From an uncultured delta proteobacterium (GTDB lineage Bacteria > Myxococcota_A > Polyangia > Polyangiales > Polyangiaceae), in assembly GCA_963696385.1 (NCBI GenBank), contig CAVOKF010000007.1, positions 864,001 through 928,000 of the forward strand: a stretch of DNA of 64,000 nt. The letters are read 5' to 3'. The notes under the pieces were generated by a model. The model made no database searches. It saw only the letters and a program-made list of their open reading frames with translations, and was not told the origin of the DNA. The position numbers and the translations under genes were made by a program. Shown one piece after another: positions 61,178-64,000 of the stretch (positions within the stretch are counted from its first letter, which is position 1; the number at the start of each line of letters is the position of its first letter).

Positions 61178-64000
61178 ATGACGACGACCCACATCCGCTC
61201 TCCCCGCGTGGCATCGACGCCGGCGCGCCGGCGTCGGCCGCCACGCGAGTGGAGCGGGCTTCTGGCTCGGGCGTCGTGCGTGCTGCTCGCGCTCGTCGGC
61301 GTCCTGCCCTTTCTGGCCACCCTCGTCGTACAATCGCCGGGGGCGCGCGGCTGGGCAGCGCGCGAAACAGAGCGCATACTGCGCGAGCGCGGAATCGTCG
61401 CCGAGTATTCGCCTTCGCTTCGAATCTGGCCTCTCGCCGTCGTCCTCAACCGCGTGCGTGTCCATTCGAGCGACGGCGGACCACCGGCCCTCGAGTGCAA
61501 CAGCGTCGTCATTGCTCCCAAGATACTCGCGCTTCTCGGGGGCAAACTCGGCATTGCCGAAATCGACGCGGACGCGCCGCGCATCCGCGCGGTCGTGCGA
61601 AACGGCCGGCTCGCGAACCTGACGCTGCCGGAGACCGGATTCGAACGGCCGGCCGTTCGAGCCGCCCTTCAACATGCTCTCGCTGACCAACGCCTCGATC
61701 GATCTGGATACCGACCGCGTGCAGATCCGTGCCGGCTCGTTCGACCTCGACGTGACGGCCGAACGAGACCGCAGCCGGGGAGCGTCCTTCGAAATCGCAC
61801 TTCGTTCCGCCGAAGCATCGGTGCGCAGCACCCGCTCGAACGCTATAGCGCCCACGTCGGTCGACGAAGACGTGGTCTGTTCCGTGGACGGACGCGTGCG
61901 TATCGAGCCCGATGCGGTTCTCGTGCGCCGACTGAACGCCGTCGCGATCGCCGATCTCGATGCCGCGGAGGGGACCGCGCCGTCGTGTTCGGCGGATGTC
62001 GAGGACAAGCGCCGAGTGGAGGTCTCGCTGGGTCACGTGCACATCCAATGGCCTCAAGGCGGCGGACCTTGGCCTCGGCTCGACGGACACGTTCGCGTCC
62101 GGGCCCCTGTGGCACTCGCCCGTCGGATTGCGCCGCTTCCCGACATCGACGGCTGGGCCGGAATCGACGTGGATCTCCGCTACGCGGAGGACACGATTCT
62201 CCCCGACGCGAGCGGAACGCTCGAAGCACACGATCTGAAGGTCGCTCAATACGCCTTTGCCCAAGAGCTGCGTAGCGATCTGACGATTCGGCGAAACGTC
62301 GTCCAGCTTCCGCGTACGACGCTCCGCGTGGCCCAGGGCACGGTGACGCTTTCGGATACCGTCATCGACCCGCTCTCCCCCGGGGCGAGGCTCGACCGCA
62401 GCCGGTTGGATGTCTCTGGGATCGACTTCACCGCGCTCCTGCGCGCGCTCGGAGTCCACGACCATTCTTGGGTTGGGTGGGACATCCGCGAGATCCACGT
62501 GCCGGTGCTCTCCGGAACGCTTCTTCCTCTACGGATCGATGGCGATCTCACCGCAAAAACGGCTTCATTCGGCGTGTACGACCGGCCGGCGGAGGATCGA
62601 GCGCGTGAGCGGCTCTTCGGATTTTCGCAAGCACAGGTGGCGGCCCATCTCGCGGTGCGCCCGGACGCGATGCGGTTCGTCGACGTGCACGCCGTGCTGC
62701 CGCATTCGCGCATCGACGGGGGGCTGGTCTCGCTCGGCTTCAGCGGCGATTTGATCGTAGACGCCCCGCGGGTCCGAACCGACCTCGACAATCTCTCGCC
62801 TTTGGGCCCGGTGCCGGTGCACGGGACACTGGAAGCGAGCGCGCATGTCGGAGGCACGTTCAAGCGGCCCGAGCCCGAAGGGGACATTACGGCCGCGGTC
62901 GGCCTCGTCATTGCCGACGTGGCATTCGGCGATGTGAGCGCTGGGCGCGTCAAGGTCGATGTCACCGGCCCCCAGATCGCCATCAGCGACATTCGTGCGA
63001 AGCGTCGCGAGAGCGAGTACGACGTCGCTACCGCCCGCATCGGCTTCGGCGGGACGCAGGGATTCGTCGTCGACGCGCAGGGCTCGAGCGAAGCGCTTTC
63101 GCTGCGCGACCTGCTCTCGATGTTCGCGCTCGACGGAGATCCGCGCTTCGACGGACTCGACGCCGCCATGGCCACCCGGGCTGGCGTCCACATCGCCGTC
63201 GGCGGGCCCGAGGACGCGTGCGGAAACGGCTTCATCGTCGTCAACGCGAAAAGCCATCTGAAGGACGTGCAGATCTACGGAGAGCGCTTCGCGCAAGGCG
63301 ACGCAGACGTCGCATTGCAGTGGCACGATCGACAGCGCGGCCTGGCCGGGGCGGACGTCGAGGTGCGATCCTTCGTACTCAACAAGGTGCGGCCTCCGAC
63401 CGGCACGCGATCCGGGACGACCGGAACGGTCCTCGGATCGGCTACGATCCGGCGCGGGGGCGCTTTGGCCGCCAACGTGGTGGTCGAAGGTGTACCGCTC
63501 GGGCGAGTCGATGCGCTCGGACAGGCCGCTCGCCAGGTGGAAGGCAGCGTCTCGGGACTGGCCCAGGTGACGGGCAATCTCGACGATTTTTTGCCCAATC
63601 CGGGCTTTCTCGTTCGCGCCGAGTTGGACGTCTCGGGTACGCGCATTCGTAACGTCGCCGTGGGTGCCTCTCACCTGGACGTCACGATGAGCGATCGAAT
63701 GGCTCGCCCATCGCACAGTTTCGGACGCACCCGGTGCGGAGGGCTCATCGCCGCACCCTTCGACAAGCAAGCCTATCTGGCGGACACGTCTTCGCACGGC
63801 GAATGGACCGTCAACGGAAGTCTGCTGGGCGGCGCCATCGCCTTGCGGGACGTGACGATGACGCGTTCACGATCGCCTCGAATGACGGGCCGCGCTTCGA
63901 TGCGTGGGCTCGACTTGGGCGAGCTCGCCCGCATCGTGTCGACCCAGAACCCCGACGACGCGTCCCCTTCGGTCTCCTCTCCGATCGTCGGGCAGGTGTG
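61178..64000 (+). CDS. Large TamB/AsmA-like protein, N-terminal part; +1 frameshift at about 61641; runs off the right edge
   Basis: N-terminal TM anchor followed by continuous beta-rich sequence; after GGATTCG the next frame reads SNGRPFEPPFNMLSLTNASIDLD... and appears open to the window end. Confidence 0.75.

Overview
GC-rich bacterial chromosome segment of about 45 genes. Gene content and protein style (Ser/Thr kinase next to a TPR/PEGA-type protein, many Cys-rich lipoproteins, Asp-Ala-Gly low-complexity linkers, OmpA with a TSP3 repeat) point to Myxococcota, probably Polyangia (inference). Housekeeping genes (pyrE, lhr, cysD/cysN, glnD, pgm, arfB, prlC, ackA, sppA, trxA, rnr, a DnaJ-class and a TrmH-family gene, a TamB/AsmA-like gene) are interleaved with uncharacterised envelope modules: a GH12 plus CBM-like lipoprotein pair, two beta-propeller lipoproteins plus an outer-membrane barrel, a kinase-TPR/PEGA-Cys-rich lipoprotein triad, an SppA fused to a barrel-like domain, and an OmpA plus Cys-rich lipoprotein pair. 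Six genes are interrupted (five +1 frameshifts, one in-frame TGA). Four of these lesions are single-base changes to GATC, which suggests a base-modification or base-calling signature rather than real gene decay. Also seen: a dehydrogenase remnant, a degenerate APS-kinase tail on CysN and a possibly structured DEAD-box helicase leader. I saw no rRNA, tRNA, CRISPR array or mobile element. All calls are by eye from motifs; no searches were run.
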